64,000 nucleotides of DNA. Origin: Patescibacteria group bacterium. GTDB lineage: Bacteria > Patescibacteriota > Patescibacteriia > JAHJFT01. Below the pieces are notes generated by a model that had not been told where the DNA came from, ran no database searches, and saw only the letters and a list, made by a program, of their open reading frames with translations. Shown one piece after another: positions 46,757 through 56,194 of this stretch. A program made the position numbers and the translations under genes. Numbering within the stretch: the stretch's first letter is position 1; each line of letters opens with the position of its first letter. The DNA lies in assembly GCA_028710985.1 (NCBI GenBank), contig JAQTTB010000001.1:231397-295396 (forward strand), in the 5' to 3' direction.

Positions 46757-47347
46757 ATGATTATACGACCAGATCAGCGAATCGGCGTTTTCATTGATGT
46801 GCAGAATCTTTATTACTCGGCGCGCAATCTTTTCGGCGCCAAAGTGAATTTTGGAAATATCGTTACCACCGCGGTCGGCGGACGCAAACTCATCCGGGCA
46901 ATCGCCTATGTGGTGAGCACGCCGTCCGGCGAAGAAAAACCATTCTTTGAAGCCTTATATCATCTGGGCATTGAAACCCGCGAAAAAGAATTGCAGGAAT
47001 TTTTCGGCGGCGCGAAAAAAGCCGACTGGGATGTCGGCCTCGCGGTTGACGCCATCCGCATCGCCGAACTTCTTGACGTCGTGGTGCTGGTTTCCGGCGA
47101 CGGCGATTACTGCCCGCTCGTGGAATATCTCAAGGGCCGCGGCCGCCAGGTTGAAATCGCGGCTTTCGGCGAAACAACTTCATCCCGCCTCAAAGAAATG
47201 GCCGACGAATTCATTGACTTGAGCAAAGACCCCGGCAACTTCCTGATCCGCCCGAAATCCGCAAATCGTCGCAATCAAAATCCAAAATCCAAAACCTGCC
47301 TGCCGGCAGGCAAGGTCCAAAATCCAAAATTTAATAATAAATATTAA
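46757..47347 (+). CDS. NYN-domain (LabA/DUF88) protein
   Basis: VFIDVQNLY, KADWDVGLAVD, LVSGDGDY, ADEFIDL; tail encoded by CCAAAAT repeats plus a palindrome insert. Confidence 0.9.
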   Translation: MIIRPDQRIGVFIDVQNLYYSARNLFGAKVNFGNIVTTAVGGRKLIRAIAYVVSTPSGEEKPFFEALYHLGIETREKELQEFFGGAKKADWDVGLAVDAIRIAELLDVVVLVSGDGDYCPLVEYLKGRGRQVEIAAFGETTSSRLKEMADEFIDLSKDPGNFLIRPKSANRRNQNPKSKTCLPAGKVQNPKFNNKY

Positions 47348-47350
47348 TCT

Positions 47351-49612
47351 ATGTCGCAAAAGTTCAACATCGATTGGGCCGGACACAATATGGAAATTGA
47401 GATCGGCCGATTAGCAGGACAAGCCAACGGCAGCTGCACCGTGCGCTACGGCGACGCGGTCGTGCTCGGCACCGCCGTCATGGCGCATCAGCCGCGCGAG
47501 GGCATTGATTTTTTGCCCCTCACGGTTGAATACGAAGAACGCCTTTATGCCGCCGGCAAAATCAAAGGCTCGCGCTTCATCAAGCGCGAAGGCCGTCCGT
47601 CCGACGAGGCGGTTCTCACCGGCCGTTTTATTGACCGCGCCATCCGGCCGCTTTTTGATAAAAAAATACGCAATGAAATCCAGGTCATCGTGACCGTGCT
47701 TTCGGTTGACGGAGAGAACGACCCTGATGTCCCGGCCATGGTTGCCGCCTCCACCGCGCTCATGATTTCCGACATTCCCTGGAATGGTCCGGTTGCCTTT
47801 ATCCGCGTCGGACAGATTGAAGGCGAATGGGTTTTGAACCCGACCTACGAAGCGCGCGAAAAAAGCCTTCTGGATCTCGCCGTCGCCGGCACGCCGGAGC
47901 GGGTCATCATGCTTGAGGCCGGCGCCAATCAGGTTGACGAAGAAACCGCGATTAAGGCTATTGAATTCGGGCAGAAGCATCTTAAAGACGTCATCGGCCT
48001 GATTTCCAAAGTCGCCGAAGCCGTGGGCAAACCGAAAATTAAAATTTCCCAAGAGCCGGAAGACGAAGAAGCCCGGCTCGCCCTTGAAGAACAGAAAAAA
48101 ATCATCAGCTTAGCTGAAGAATTTCTGAAAGAAAAAATTCAAACCGCGCTGTTTGATATTCCAAAAGCAAGTAAAGTCGAGCGCAAAGAATCCATAAAAA
48201 TTCTTGAGGATGAGCTGGACGAGCATCTCAAGGCCCAGCAAATCGGCAAAGACAAGAGAAAAATCGGACTCGCGCATGTGTACGAATTCGTGGAACAAGA
48301 AGTGTCGCGCGCCATTCTGGAGCAGGAAAAACGCGTTGACGGCCGCACGCTCACTGAAATCCGACCGCTTTCCGCCGAAGTCTCCATTCTGCCGCGCACT
48401 CATGGCTCGGCGCTTTTCCAGCGCGGCGCGACCCAGTCGCTTTCGGTTGTCACTCTCGGCGCTCCGGGCGATGAACAAACCCTTGAAGGCATGGAAATAA
48501 ACGGAAAAAAACACTACATGCACCATTATAATTTTCCGCCCTATTGCGTCGGTGAAACCGGCCGCATGGGTTCGCCGGGTCGCCGCGAAATCGGCCATGG
48601 CGCACTCGCGGAAAAAGCCCTGGTGCCGGTTCTGCCGACCCGCGAAGAATTTCCTTACACCATCCGCGTGGTCTCCGAAACCCTTTCATCCAACGGCTCG
48701 AGCTCCATGGCCGCGACCTGCGGCTCAACGCTCGCTTTGATGGACGCCGGCGTTCCGCTTAAAGAACCCGTCGCCGGAATCGCCATGGGCCTTGCGGCAA
48801 ACGAAAACGGAGACTTTAAAATCCTTACCGATCTTCAGGACCTGGAAGATTCGCCCGGCGGCATGGACTTTAAAATCGCCGGCACGCGTAACGGCATCAC
48901 CGCAATTCAGATGGATACCAAGACCAAAGGCTTGTCACCCGACATTATCCGTAAGACAATCACGCAGGCCCGCGACGCCCGCCTCAAGATTCTTGATGTC
49001 ATGCTTGCCGCCATTCCCGAACCGCGTAAAGAGCTCTCGCCGTTTGCGCCGCGCATTATCACAATCCATATCAACCCGGATAAAATCCGCGACGTCATCG
49101 GTCCGGGCGGAAAAATCATCAATGAAATCATTGACAAAACCGGCGTCCAGATTGATATTGAACAGGACGGCTCGGTATTTATCACCTCGGCCGACGAAGA
49201 CGGCGCCAGGCGCGCGATTGAATGGATTGAAGGCCTCACCGCCGAACCGGAAATCGGCAAAACCTACAAAGGCAAAGTCGTGCGCCTGCTTGATTTCGGC
49301 GCCTTTGTCCAGTTTATGCCCAACACCGACGGCTTGATTCATGTTTCTGAACTCGCGCCGTGGCGCGTAGAACGGGTCACCGACGTAGTGAACATCGGCG
49401 ACGAAGTAACAGTAAAAGTAATTGAAATCGATGACCAGGGACGCGTGAATCTTTCGCTCCGCCAGGCTGAGGGCTATACTGCTCCGCCCAAACCCGAAGG
49501 CGCGATCGATCACCCAACCGGCGGATTCTCCCACCGCAGTGACCGACCGGATCGCGGCAGTCGTGACCGCAACGGACGAAGCGGCGGACGCGGCTTCTTC
49601 AAGCGAAGATAA
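47351..49612 (+). CDS. pnp: polyribonucleotide nucleotidyltransferase
   Basis: DFLPLTVEY, RREIGHGALAE, SNGSSSMA, MDFKIAGT, KH and S1 domains. Confidence 0.97.
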   Translation: MSQKFNIDWAGHNMEIEIGRLAGQANGSCTVRYGDAVVLGTAVMAHQPREGIDFLPLTVEYEERLYAAGKIKGSRFIKREGRPSDEAVLTGRFIDRAIRPLFDKKIRNEIQVIVTVLSVDGENDPDVPAMVAASTALMISDIPWNGPVAFIRVGQIEGEWVLNPTYEAREKSLLDLAVAGTPERVIMLEAGANQVDEETAIKAIEFGQKHLKDVIGLISKVAEAVGKPKIKISQEPEDEEARLALEEQKKIISLAEEFLKEKIQTALFDIPKASKVERKESIKILEDELDEHLKAQQIGKDKRKIGLAHVYEFVEQEVSRAILEQEKRVDGRTLTEIRPLSAEVSILPRTHGSALFQRGATQSLSVVTLGAPGDEQTLEGMEINGKKHYMHHYNFPPYCVGETGRMGSPGRREIGHGALAEKALVPVLPTREEFPYTIRVVSETLSSNGSSSMAATCGSTLALMDAGVPLKEPVAGIAMGLAANENGDFKILTDLQDLEDSPGGMDFKIAGTRNGITAIQMDTKTKGLSPDIIRKTITQARDARLKILDVMLAAIPEPRKELSPFAPRIITIHINPDKIRDVIGPGGKIINEIIDKTGVQIDIEQDGSVFITSADEDGARRAIEWIEGLTAEPEIGKTYKGKVVRLLDFGAFVQFMPNTDGLIHVSELAPWRVERVTDVVNIGDEVTVKVIEIDDQGRVNLSLRQAEGYTAPPKPEGAIDHPTGGFSHRSDRPDRGSRDRNGRSGGRGFFKRR

Positions 49613-49623
49613 GCATTCCCAAA

Positions 49624-51006
49624 ATGCAAAAATTAAAAAACTCCCTCTTGCTTGCCATTGGATATTTGAAAAACAAAAATCCGAGGCATCAATTTGCCGT
49701 AGGGAGTTTTTTAATTATCGCCCTGATCGGAATACTGAGCATCCGCGCGCTTGCGCCCGGCGACCGGCTCATTGACTGGGTTCCGCCTAATTCTGAAATA
49801 TATTTGCATCTCCGCCTCCCGGCCGCCGAAAAAATTCTTAACAAAATCGGCTCCCTTGAACCGTTCGGTGATAATGGAATTTCTCTCAGCCGAGTTATTC
49901 CGCCGAATGCCGAGCAAATTGGCATCTTCCAAAATAGCAACCGCGTCGGAGTTCTGATTTTCTCCAAAAATAATCCACCAGCCGTTGAAAATTTATTGAT
50001 TAAAAAAATTGACGAAAATATTTTCATTATTTCATCCGTCGATTTCGGTGAATTTACAAAAAACGAAAATCAAAACCTCGCGCGCCGCAATAACGCTCCC
50101 GAAGAGCCGCTCATGAATCCGGGGTATATTTTTCTGAATCAGCCCTCTCTTCCGAGCTACGTTCCCCTGGCCGACGGCTGGAGCGATTATTCCGAAATAG
50201 CCACTCAGCCGTCTGCTTGGTCGCTCGACCTAAAATCAGATGCCATTATCTGGAAGAATCTGACCTCGCCCGTGATCACGCCAACCGTTGGACTCAAAAC
50301 CTCCGCCCTGCCGCAGAATGCCATATTCTGGACCCACGGCGATAGCTGGCAAAAATCCTGGCAGGAAAGCCTTTCGGCAATCCCCTCGGGCAAAAACTCG
50401 CTTACCGCGGCCGCCACGGCGCTCAAGCGCGAATTTGAAAACATCAACCAGCCCGACGAAACATTCCAGCCGCTCCTTGCCGCGGCTTTTGATCTTTTCA
50501 TCGTACAAAAAGAAGATTATTCATTTATATTAAAATTGGAAAAATCCACGGATGAGAATCCGCTCTGGCGTAATAATTTTGAGAAATACTGGATGGACTA
50601 TTTAAGCGAATCCGCGCCTGAGCGCATCGCACGCCGCCTGCCTGACGGAAGTACTGCCGCCGAAATCGTGAAAAACTCTTCTCTCACCTGGAAAGAACAG
50701 CGTATGGACGATGAGAGTCTGCGCTGGATCGAGAACAAAGACCACGATTTTCTGCTTGGATACTTTGAAACCCCGGATAGCGTAATTTTAAGCAATAACT
50801 ACGGTAATCTGATCGATTTTCTCTATGCCAAAGACATGGCCGGCTGGACCAACCTCCCGGCGCTTGCCGAACGGTGCAATTTTAACCAAAATCAACTAGC
50901 TTCCCTGTTTTCTCCTCGGGAAGATATAGCTAATTTTAGCGAATTTTTCCCACTTTTCGGCCCCTGGCTCGTCAATGCCTCGGGTGACCTCTGCCATTTT
51001 GAGTAA
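49624..51006 (+). CDS. membrane-anchored hypothetical protein
   Basis: Long ORF with N-terminal TM. Confidence 0.7.
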   Translation: MQKLKNSLLLAIGYLKNKNPRHQFAVGSFLIIALIGILSIRALAPGDRLIDWVPPNSEIYLHLRLPAAEKILNKIGSLEPFGDNGISLSRVIPPNAEQIGIFQNSNRVGVLIFSKNNPPAVENLLIKKIDENIFIISSVDFGEFTKNENQNLARRNNAPEEPLMNPGYIFLNQPSLPSYVPLADGWSDYSEIATQPSAWSLDLKSDAIIWKNLTSPVITPTVGLKTSALPQNAIFWTHGDSWQKSWQESLSAIPSGKNSLTAAATALKREFENINQPDETFQPLLAAAFDLFIVQKEDYSFILKLEKSTDENPLWRNNFEKYWMDYLSESAPERIARRLPDGSTAAEIVKNSSLTWKEQRMDDESLRWIENKDHDFLLGYFETPDSVILSNNYGNLIDFLYAKDMAGWTNLPALAERCNFNQNQLASLFSPREDIANFSEFFPLFGPWLVNASGDLCHFE

Positions 51007-51048
51007 TCCAAAGGCAAAACAACTTTTTTTCGCTAAAAATATAGGCGC

Positions 51049-51086
51049 AGTGGATAACTCTGTGTATATAAACAGGCTTATCCACA
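51049..51086. promoter_or_regulatory. cluster of three DnaA-box-like 9-mers
   Basis: TTATCCACA perfect at 51078-51086; AGTGGATAA (51049) and TGTGTATAT (51061) are one-mismatch reverse boxes. Confidence 0.55.
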
Positions 51087-51149
51087 CCCCCAGGATTTTG
51101 CCAAAACCCTGACAACGCAAAAATGCCATTTTTTGGCTAAGTTAAGCGC

Positions 51150-51178
51150 TTGACAACTGAACAAAAATGTGATACAAT
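51150..51178 (+). promoter_or_regulatory. sigma70 promoter with extended -10
   Basis: TTGACA-17-(TGA)TACAAT. Confidence 0.7.
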
Positions 51179-51184
51179 AATAGT

Positions 51185-51520
51185 ACAGAATAGTACTTTA
51201 CCATCTATCCCTGGAGGTAAATCTGTCTCGAGACAGGATAGTCTCCTCTCTATAGCTGATCTATAACGCACAATAAAACAAAAATAAAAGAAGCCTTTCG
51301 TGGTAACCCTGGGGTATTTCCGGGGCAATGCCTCTAGATCGGCAATAGAGTTCTTTCTAGACGTCGGTTGATTATCCTCCGTCGGGAGTCGGTTTTTGGC
51401 GCCAATGCCTGTTTGCGCTAAAAAGTGGCTCCCGAACCGGAGGTATATCGTCGTCTCCGGAGCATGGAGCCACTACAAATCATTCAACATTGATAATAGG
51501 GCCTCACCATGCTCCGTTTT
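51185..51520 (+). ncRNA. candidate large structured non-coding RNA, family unrecognised
   Basis: No credible ORF; four stem domains with G-U pairs; own promoter; terminal stem plus T-run. Confidence 0.6.
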
Positions 51521-51612
51521 ATTTTGCCAAAATTACCAAAAAAAGCCTCATCCCGTGCCTTGACTAATCAAACCCGGGCTTGTATAATTTCCTGTATAAT
51601 ATAAATTAGAAT

Positions 51613-51984
51613 ATGGACCAGGAATTTATAAAACAAATCAAGAAAAACCTTGAAACCGAGCGCACCCGTCTCGAAGAAGAGCTCAAGGAATTCACCACCA
51701 AGAACAAGCACAATCCCGAGGATTATAACGCTGAATTTCCCCAGCTCGGCGACAAGGAAGATGAAAACGCGAACGAAGTCGCTCTATACAGCGATAATTT
51801 GACGCTGGAACGCACTTTGGAAAAGTCGCTCCGCGACGTTGTTAAGTCCCTGGAACGCATTGAAAAGGGCGAATACGGCATCTGCAAATACTGCGGCAAG
51901 GAAATATCTAAAGAGCGGCTGCTCGCCCGGCCGACTTCTAGCGCATGCATCGAATGCAAAAAAGTCCTGACCCAAGAACTCTAA
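51613..51984 (+). CDS. DksA/TraR C4 zinc-finger protein
   Basis: Coiled coil + GEYGICKYCG..I...RL.ARP....CIEC. Confidence 0.9.
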   Translation: MDQEFIKQIKKNLETERTRLEEELKEFTTKNKHNPEDYNAEFPQLGDKEDENANEVALYSDNLTLERTLEKSLRDVVKSLERIEKGEYGICKYCGKEISKERLLARPTSSACIECKKVLTQEL

Positions 51985-52466
51985 GGCTAATCTATGCCGC
52001 TTTCCTTGGTCTGGGTTTTTTGCTCGATCGGGCATTAAAATATCTGGCAATGCGAGGGCTCCCACAAGAGGAGCTTTTTATTATCCCAAAAATCTTGAGC
52101 TTTACTCTTTATGAAAACCGCGGCATGGCATTCGGCATCGCGGTGCCACATCTGCCGCTCGTCGCCACCGGCGCCGTACTTCTCGTCCTTCTCTTTGCCA
52201 TGATTATTTATTCTGTAAAAATGAACCGCTCGATCTGGCTCTACGCTTCGTGCGCCATCTTCGCTGGCGGCTTAAGCAACTTCATTGACCGCGCTCTCTG
52301 TGACGCGACTATTGACTATCTCTACCTCCGGCCGTACTCTTTTATCAATATCGCAGATATAATGATCGTGGGCGGCTGCCTCATTTCTATTGCCGCCTGC
52401 CCGCCAGGCCTTGCCAGGCATGGCAGGCGGGCTCTGCATAATGGCAAAAAATTACATGTCCAATAA
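51954..52466 (+). CDS. lspA: lipoprotein signal peptidase II (start uncertain)
   Basis: DRALK, NRGMAFG, GGLSNFIDR, IDY, NIAD; 36-nt hairpin insert near the C-terminus. Confidence 0.85.
   Translation: MQKSPDPRTLRLIYAAFLGLGFLLDRALKYLAMRGLPQEELFIIPKILSFTLYENRGMAFGIAVPHLPLVATGAVLLVLLFAMIIYSVKMNRSIWLYASCAIFAGGLSNFIDRALCDATIDYLYLRPYSFINIADIMIVGGCLISIAACPPGLARHGRRALHNGKKLHVQ
52396..52431. repeat. 36-nt in-frame hairpin element; empty form of the tRNA-carrying element
   Basis: CCTGCCCGCCA-GGCCT-TGCC-AGGCA-TGGCAGGCGGG; outer arms identical to those at 42549/42604 and 42702-42712. Confidence 0.8.
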
Positions 52467-53979
52467 AATTTACTCCATGGCCGTCATCGGCCTGGAATCC
52501 GAACCCGTTGAAGTTGAAGCCGACACCTCGCAAGGCATTCATTTTTTAATTGTCGGCCTGCCGGATACCGCGGTTCAGGAATCGAAAGAGCGCGTGCGCT
52601 CGGCCATCAAAAATTCTGGATTTGAATTTCCGCGCGGCAAGGTCGTGGTTAATCTCGCGCCCGCAGACATCAAAAAACAAGGCCCGAGCTTTGATCTTCC
52701 GATCGCCGTGAGCATTCTTAAAAAAACCGGCCAGATTCCCGATACCTTTGCCGAATCGCCCAAGGAGATCTTCGCCGGAGAACTTTCTCTTGAAGGTGGC
52801 CTTCGCCCCATCACCGGCGTGCTCGCCATGGCAATTTCCGCCAAGGCGCTCGGCGCCGAATCTTTTTATGTGCCCGCGGCCAATGCCGCCGAGGCGGCGC
52901 TCGTGCCCGGCCCAAAAATTTTTGCCGTGGAAAATCTTGAACAACTCGCGCGCCACCTGCGCGGCGAACAGATTATTGAACCTTATGAAAAAACTTTTAA
53001 TTCCCTGCCGCCGCCGAGCGCGGAAACGGCTTATGACTTTGCCTACGTCAAAGGGCAAGAGCATGTAAAGCGCGCTCTAGAAATCGCCGCCGCCGGAGCG
53101 CACAATGTTCTCATGTCCGGTCCGCCCGGCTCGGGTAAAACGCTCCTCGCGCGCGCCCTGCCGAGCATCCTGCCCGACCTCACGATTGAGGAAGCCCTGG
53201 AAATTACCAAAATCTACAGCGTTGCCGGCCAGCTCCCCACCGATAAACCAATCATTTCCGAGCGTCCGTTCCGCTCGCCGCACCATACCGCGAGCGGCGT
53301 CTCCCTCGTGGGCGGCGGCGCCTGGCCCAAGCCCGGCGAGGTGAGCCTTGCCCACCGCGGCGTTCTTTTCCTGGATGAATTTCCGGAATTTACGCGCCAG
53401 GTTCTGGAAAATCTACGCCAGCCCCTGGAAGACGGCTCAATCACCGTTTCGCGCGCCGCCGGCACTCTCCAGTTTCCGGCAAAATTCATGCTCGTGGCCG
53501 CGCGCAATCCCTGCCCCTGCGGCTATGCGAGCGACCCACTGACCGCCTGCTCCTGCAGTCCGATCAACATCATAAATTATAATAAAAAAATATCCGGCCC
53601 ATTGCTTGATCGCATCGATCTTCATGTCGACGTGCCGAAAATTAAATTTGAAAAATTGGAAACCGACACTCTCTCCGAACCGTCATCGATAATCAAAGCG
53701 CGCGTACAGGCCGCTCGCGACATCCAGGCCAAGCGCTTCCGCGGACTGAATATCCTGACCAACGCGGAAATGAACAACCAAATGATAAAATCATTCTGCC
53801 AATTGGATCAAGAATCGCGCGAGCTCATGCGCCAGGCGGTTGAACAAATTCATCTTTCGGCACGCGGTTATTTCCGCATGCTAAAAATCAGCCGCACTAT
53901 CGCCGACCTCGAAGCCGCGGAAGCAATCACAAGCCGCCACGTCGCCGAAGCGTTGCAATATAGACCAAGAGTTGAATAG
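52456..53979 (+). CDS. comM: YifB/ComM Mg-chelatase-like AAA+ ATPase
   Basis: IVGLPD.AV.ES.ERV, NLAPAD, GPPGSGKT, PFRSPHH, GEVSLAHRGVLFLDE, NPCPCG. Confidence 0.93.
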   Translation: MSNKIYSMAVIGLESEPVEVEADTSQGIHFLIVGLPDTAVQESKERVRSAIKNSGFEFPRGKVVVNLAPADIKKQGPSFDLPIAVSILKKTGQIPDTFAESPKEIFAGELSLEGGLRPITGVLAMAISAKALGAESFYVPAANAAEAALVPGPKIFAVENLEQLARHLRGEQIIEPYEKTFNSLPPPSAETAYDFAYVKGQEHVKRALEIAAAGAHNVLMSGPPGSGKTLLARALPSILPDLTIEEALEITKIYSVAGQLPTDKPIISERPFRSPHHTASGVSLVGGGAWPKPGEVSLAHRGVLFLDEFPEFTRQVLENLRQPLEDGSITVSRAAGTLQFPAKFMLVAARNPCPCGYASDPLTACSCSPINIINYNKKISGPLLDRIDLHVDVPKIKFEKLETDTLSEPSSIIKARVQAARDIQAKRFRGLNILTNAEMNNQMIKSFCQLDQESRELMRQAVEQIHLSARGYFRMLKISRTIADLEAAEAITSRHVAEALQYRPRVE

Positions 53980-54436
53980 GTGTTAGGTTTTAGGTATCAG
54001 GTATTAGGTACTTGGTATAAAATCGTAAAATTTTTATTATGGAGGAAAATAAAATAGTATCATATAAAGATCTGATTATTTGGCAAAAATCGATTGAACT
54101 AGTCGTTGAGATATATAAAATAACCGCCAGTTTTCCCAAAAATGAAACTTTTGGGCTCGTATCGCAAATGCGCAGAAACGCGGTTTCTATTCCTTCCAAT
54201 ATTGCCGAGGGACGCAGCCGCGGAACAAGAAAAGACTTTCGTCAATTTTTAATAATTGCATACGGATCAGCCGCTGAGATGGAAACGCAAATTATTATTG
54301 TAAAAAAATTAGCTTTTGGAAAGGAAATAAATTTCGAGCATTCGGAAAAACTTCTAAATGAGATCGTCAGAATGCTAAATCGGGCAATCCACACCCTCAA
54401 AACCCAATACCTAGTACCTAAAACCTAGCACCTAAC
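53977..54436. mobile_element. putative element: four-helix-bundle gene between inverted heptamer arrays
   Basis: Left (GTATTAG-like)n at 53977-54018; right (CTAATAC-like)n at 54403-54436. Confidence 0.6.
54039..54428 (+). CDS. four-helix-bundle protein (23S rRNA IVS / Avd-like family)
   Basis: SYKDL.IWQKS, FPK.E.FGL.SQMRR.AVSIPSNIAEG..R, F..FL.IAYGS..E. Confidence 0.92.
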   Translation: MEENKIVSYKDLIIWQKSIELVVEIYKITASFPKNETFGLVSQMRRNAVSIPSNIAEGRSRGTRKDFRQFLIIAYGSAAEMETQIIIVKKLAFGKEINFEHSEKLLNEIVRMLNRAIHTLKTQYLVPKT

Positions 54437-54445
54437 CCGCCCCGT

Positions 54446-55264
54446 ATGATTTCAATAATCATTCCAACATTCAACGAAGAGCGTCTTCTCCCCAAGCTGC
54501 TTGATTCAATCAAGCGGCAGACTTATCGCGATTATGAAGTGATCGTTGCCGATGCCGCCTCCCGCGACCGCACCCACGAGATTGCGGAAGCCTGGGGCGC
54601 ACGCGTGGTCGAAGGCGGCACGCCGGCCGCCGGACGAAATGCCGGCGCCCGCGCGGCCCGCGGGCAGTATCTCTTATTCCTGGACGCCGACGTTATTCTG
54701 CCCGTAAATTTCCTGCGCACCGCTCTTTCTGAATTCAATACAAATTATTTTGAAATCGCCACACCGACCCTCTTCCCCATCTCTGATCTGAATATTGATA
54801 AAATAATTTTCTTTTTCGCAAATCTCATCATTGAATCGACGCAGGATTTTTATTCCTTCGCCCCGGGCGCCGGGATTCTGGTTACCCGCCGCCTCCACGA
54901 GCGCATTCGCGGCTTCAATGAAACTCTTAAAATGTCCGAAGACCACGATTATGTCGAGCGCGCGCGCGAATTCGCCAAATACGGCGTGCTCAAAAATGCC
55001 TACCTCTTCTTAAGTGTCCGCCGACTCGACCATGAAGGCCGTCTGAATCTTTTAAGAAAATATTTTTTGCTCGATGTCTACCGCTTTATAAATAAAAAAG
55101 TCGACAAGCAAATGGTCCAATACGAATTTGGCGATTTTCACAAAGTCAAAGGATTGAATGCCGTGGAAAAAACCCTGGAACAAACCATCACCGGCGCGCA
55201 AAAACTCTCCAAGGCGTTCAAAAAATTCGCCGACAAAATGAAGCAATTCGTTGAAGAGGAATAA
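54446..55264 (+). CDS. glycosyltransferase family 2
   Basis: ISIIIPTFNEE, VIVAD, RNAGA, LFLDAD, EDHD. Confidence 0.9.
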   Translation: MISIIIPTFNEERLLPKLLDSIKRQTYRDYEVIVADAASRDRTHEIAEAWGARVVEGGTPAAGRNAGARAARGQYLLFLDADVILPVNFLRTALSEFNTNYFEIATPTLFPISDLNIDKIIFFFANLIIESTQDFYSFAPGAGILVTRRLHERIRGFNETLKMSEDHDYVERAREFAKYGVLKNAYLFLSVRRLDHEGRLNLLRKYFLLDVYRFINKKVDKQMVQYEFGDFHKVKGLNAVEKTLEQTITGAQKLSKAFKKFADKMKQFVEEE

Positions 55265-55268
55265 TGAC

Positions 55269-56108
55269 ATGAAACCAATCATCCCGGATCCACAAAAATT
55301 TGAAAGAATAATGCAGGAAATTAAAAAATCCGGCTATGGGAACTTGCATATTTTAACCGATTTCGACCGCACTTTAACCTACGGTTGCATAGATGGAATT
55401 AAAACGCCTTCAATTATTGCCATGCTCCGAGACGGAAATCATCTGACCCCGGAATATACGGAAAAAGCACGATCGTTCGCCGATAAATATCATACCATTG
55501 AGATTGACCCCGACATTCCGATTGAGGAAAAGAAAATATCGATGAGGGAGTGGTGGGCGCAACACACCGAACTGCTTATCCAATCCGGACTGTCAAAGGC
55601 CGATCTAGAAGACATCGTGCAGAATGGACCCGTAAAACTAAGGCGGGGCGTTACCGAATTTCTGGACATTCTGCAAAAAAACAACATCCCCCTCGTAATC
55701 ATCTCGTCAAGCGGCTGTGGCGATGCAATCCGGATGTATTTTGAAAAAAACAAAAGCGATTATGAAAATATATTTTACGTGACAAACCAATTTGTTTGGG
55801 ATGAAGCCGGCAAGGCCATTTCCGCCAAACAGCCAATTATTAATTGCATGAACAAGGACGAAACAATCCTTCAAAATATACCCGAAGTTTATCGCGCCAT
55901 CAAAAACAGAAAAAACGTTATTTTGCTCGGCGACAGTCCTGGTGATCTTGGCATGATTGAAGGTTTCAATTATGCCAATCTTCTCAAGATCGGATTTCAA
56001 AATTGCGAATATAATTCAGAGGAAGAATTTAAAAAATATTTTGACATCATTCTTCAAGGCGACGAAACTTTTGACTACATAAATTCACTGGTAAAAACTA
56101 TTAAATAA
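55269..56108 (+). CDS. pyrimidine 5'-nucleotidase (UMPH-1/NT5C3-like HAD)
   Basis: LTDFDRTLT, IEIDP..P.EEK...M.EWW, NK, NVILLGDS.GDL.M, LKIGF. Confidence 0.85.
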   Translation: MKPIIPDPQKFERIMQEIKKSGYGNLHILTDFDRTLTYGCIDGIKTPSIIAMLRDGNHLTPEYTEKARSFADKYHTIEIDPDIPIEEKKISMREWWAQHTELLIQSGLSKADLEDIVQNGPVKLRRGVTEFLDILQKNNIPLVIISSSGCGDAIRMYFEKNKSDYENIFYVTNQFVWDEAGKAISAKQPIINCMNKDETILQNIPEVYRAIKNRKNVILLGDSPGDLGMIEGFNYANLLKIGFQNCEYNSEEEFKKYFDIILQGDETFDYINSLVKTIK

Positions 56109-56128
56109 ACCGTTTGTACCAATAAATC

Positions 56129-56160
56129 AAAAACGTCCGCATTACTCGCGGACGTTTTTT
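56129..56160. terminator. bidirectional intrinsic terminator
   Basis: AAAAACGTCCGC..GCGGACGTTTTTT between convergent genes. Confidence 0.75.
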
Positions 56161-56194
56161 GTTCTATTGTTCTCTTGCTCCATTGTTCCATTGA

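Noticed and set aside
51000-51600. oriC, RNase P RNA, tmRNA or SRP RNA
   Set aside because: No dnaA/dnaN or gene-orientation switch; no GAGGAAAGTCC, no tRNA-like ends or tag ORF, and no SRP GGAA-loop motif seen on either strand.
54039-54428. Diversity-generating retroelement (Avd-like gene)
   Set aside because: No reverse transcriptase and no TR/VR pair with adenine-specific mismatches was seen in the window.
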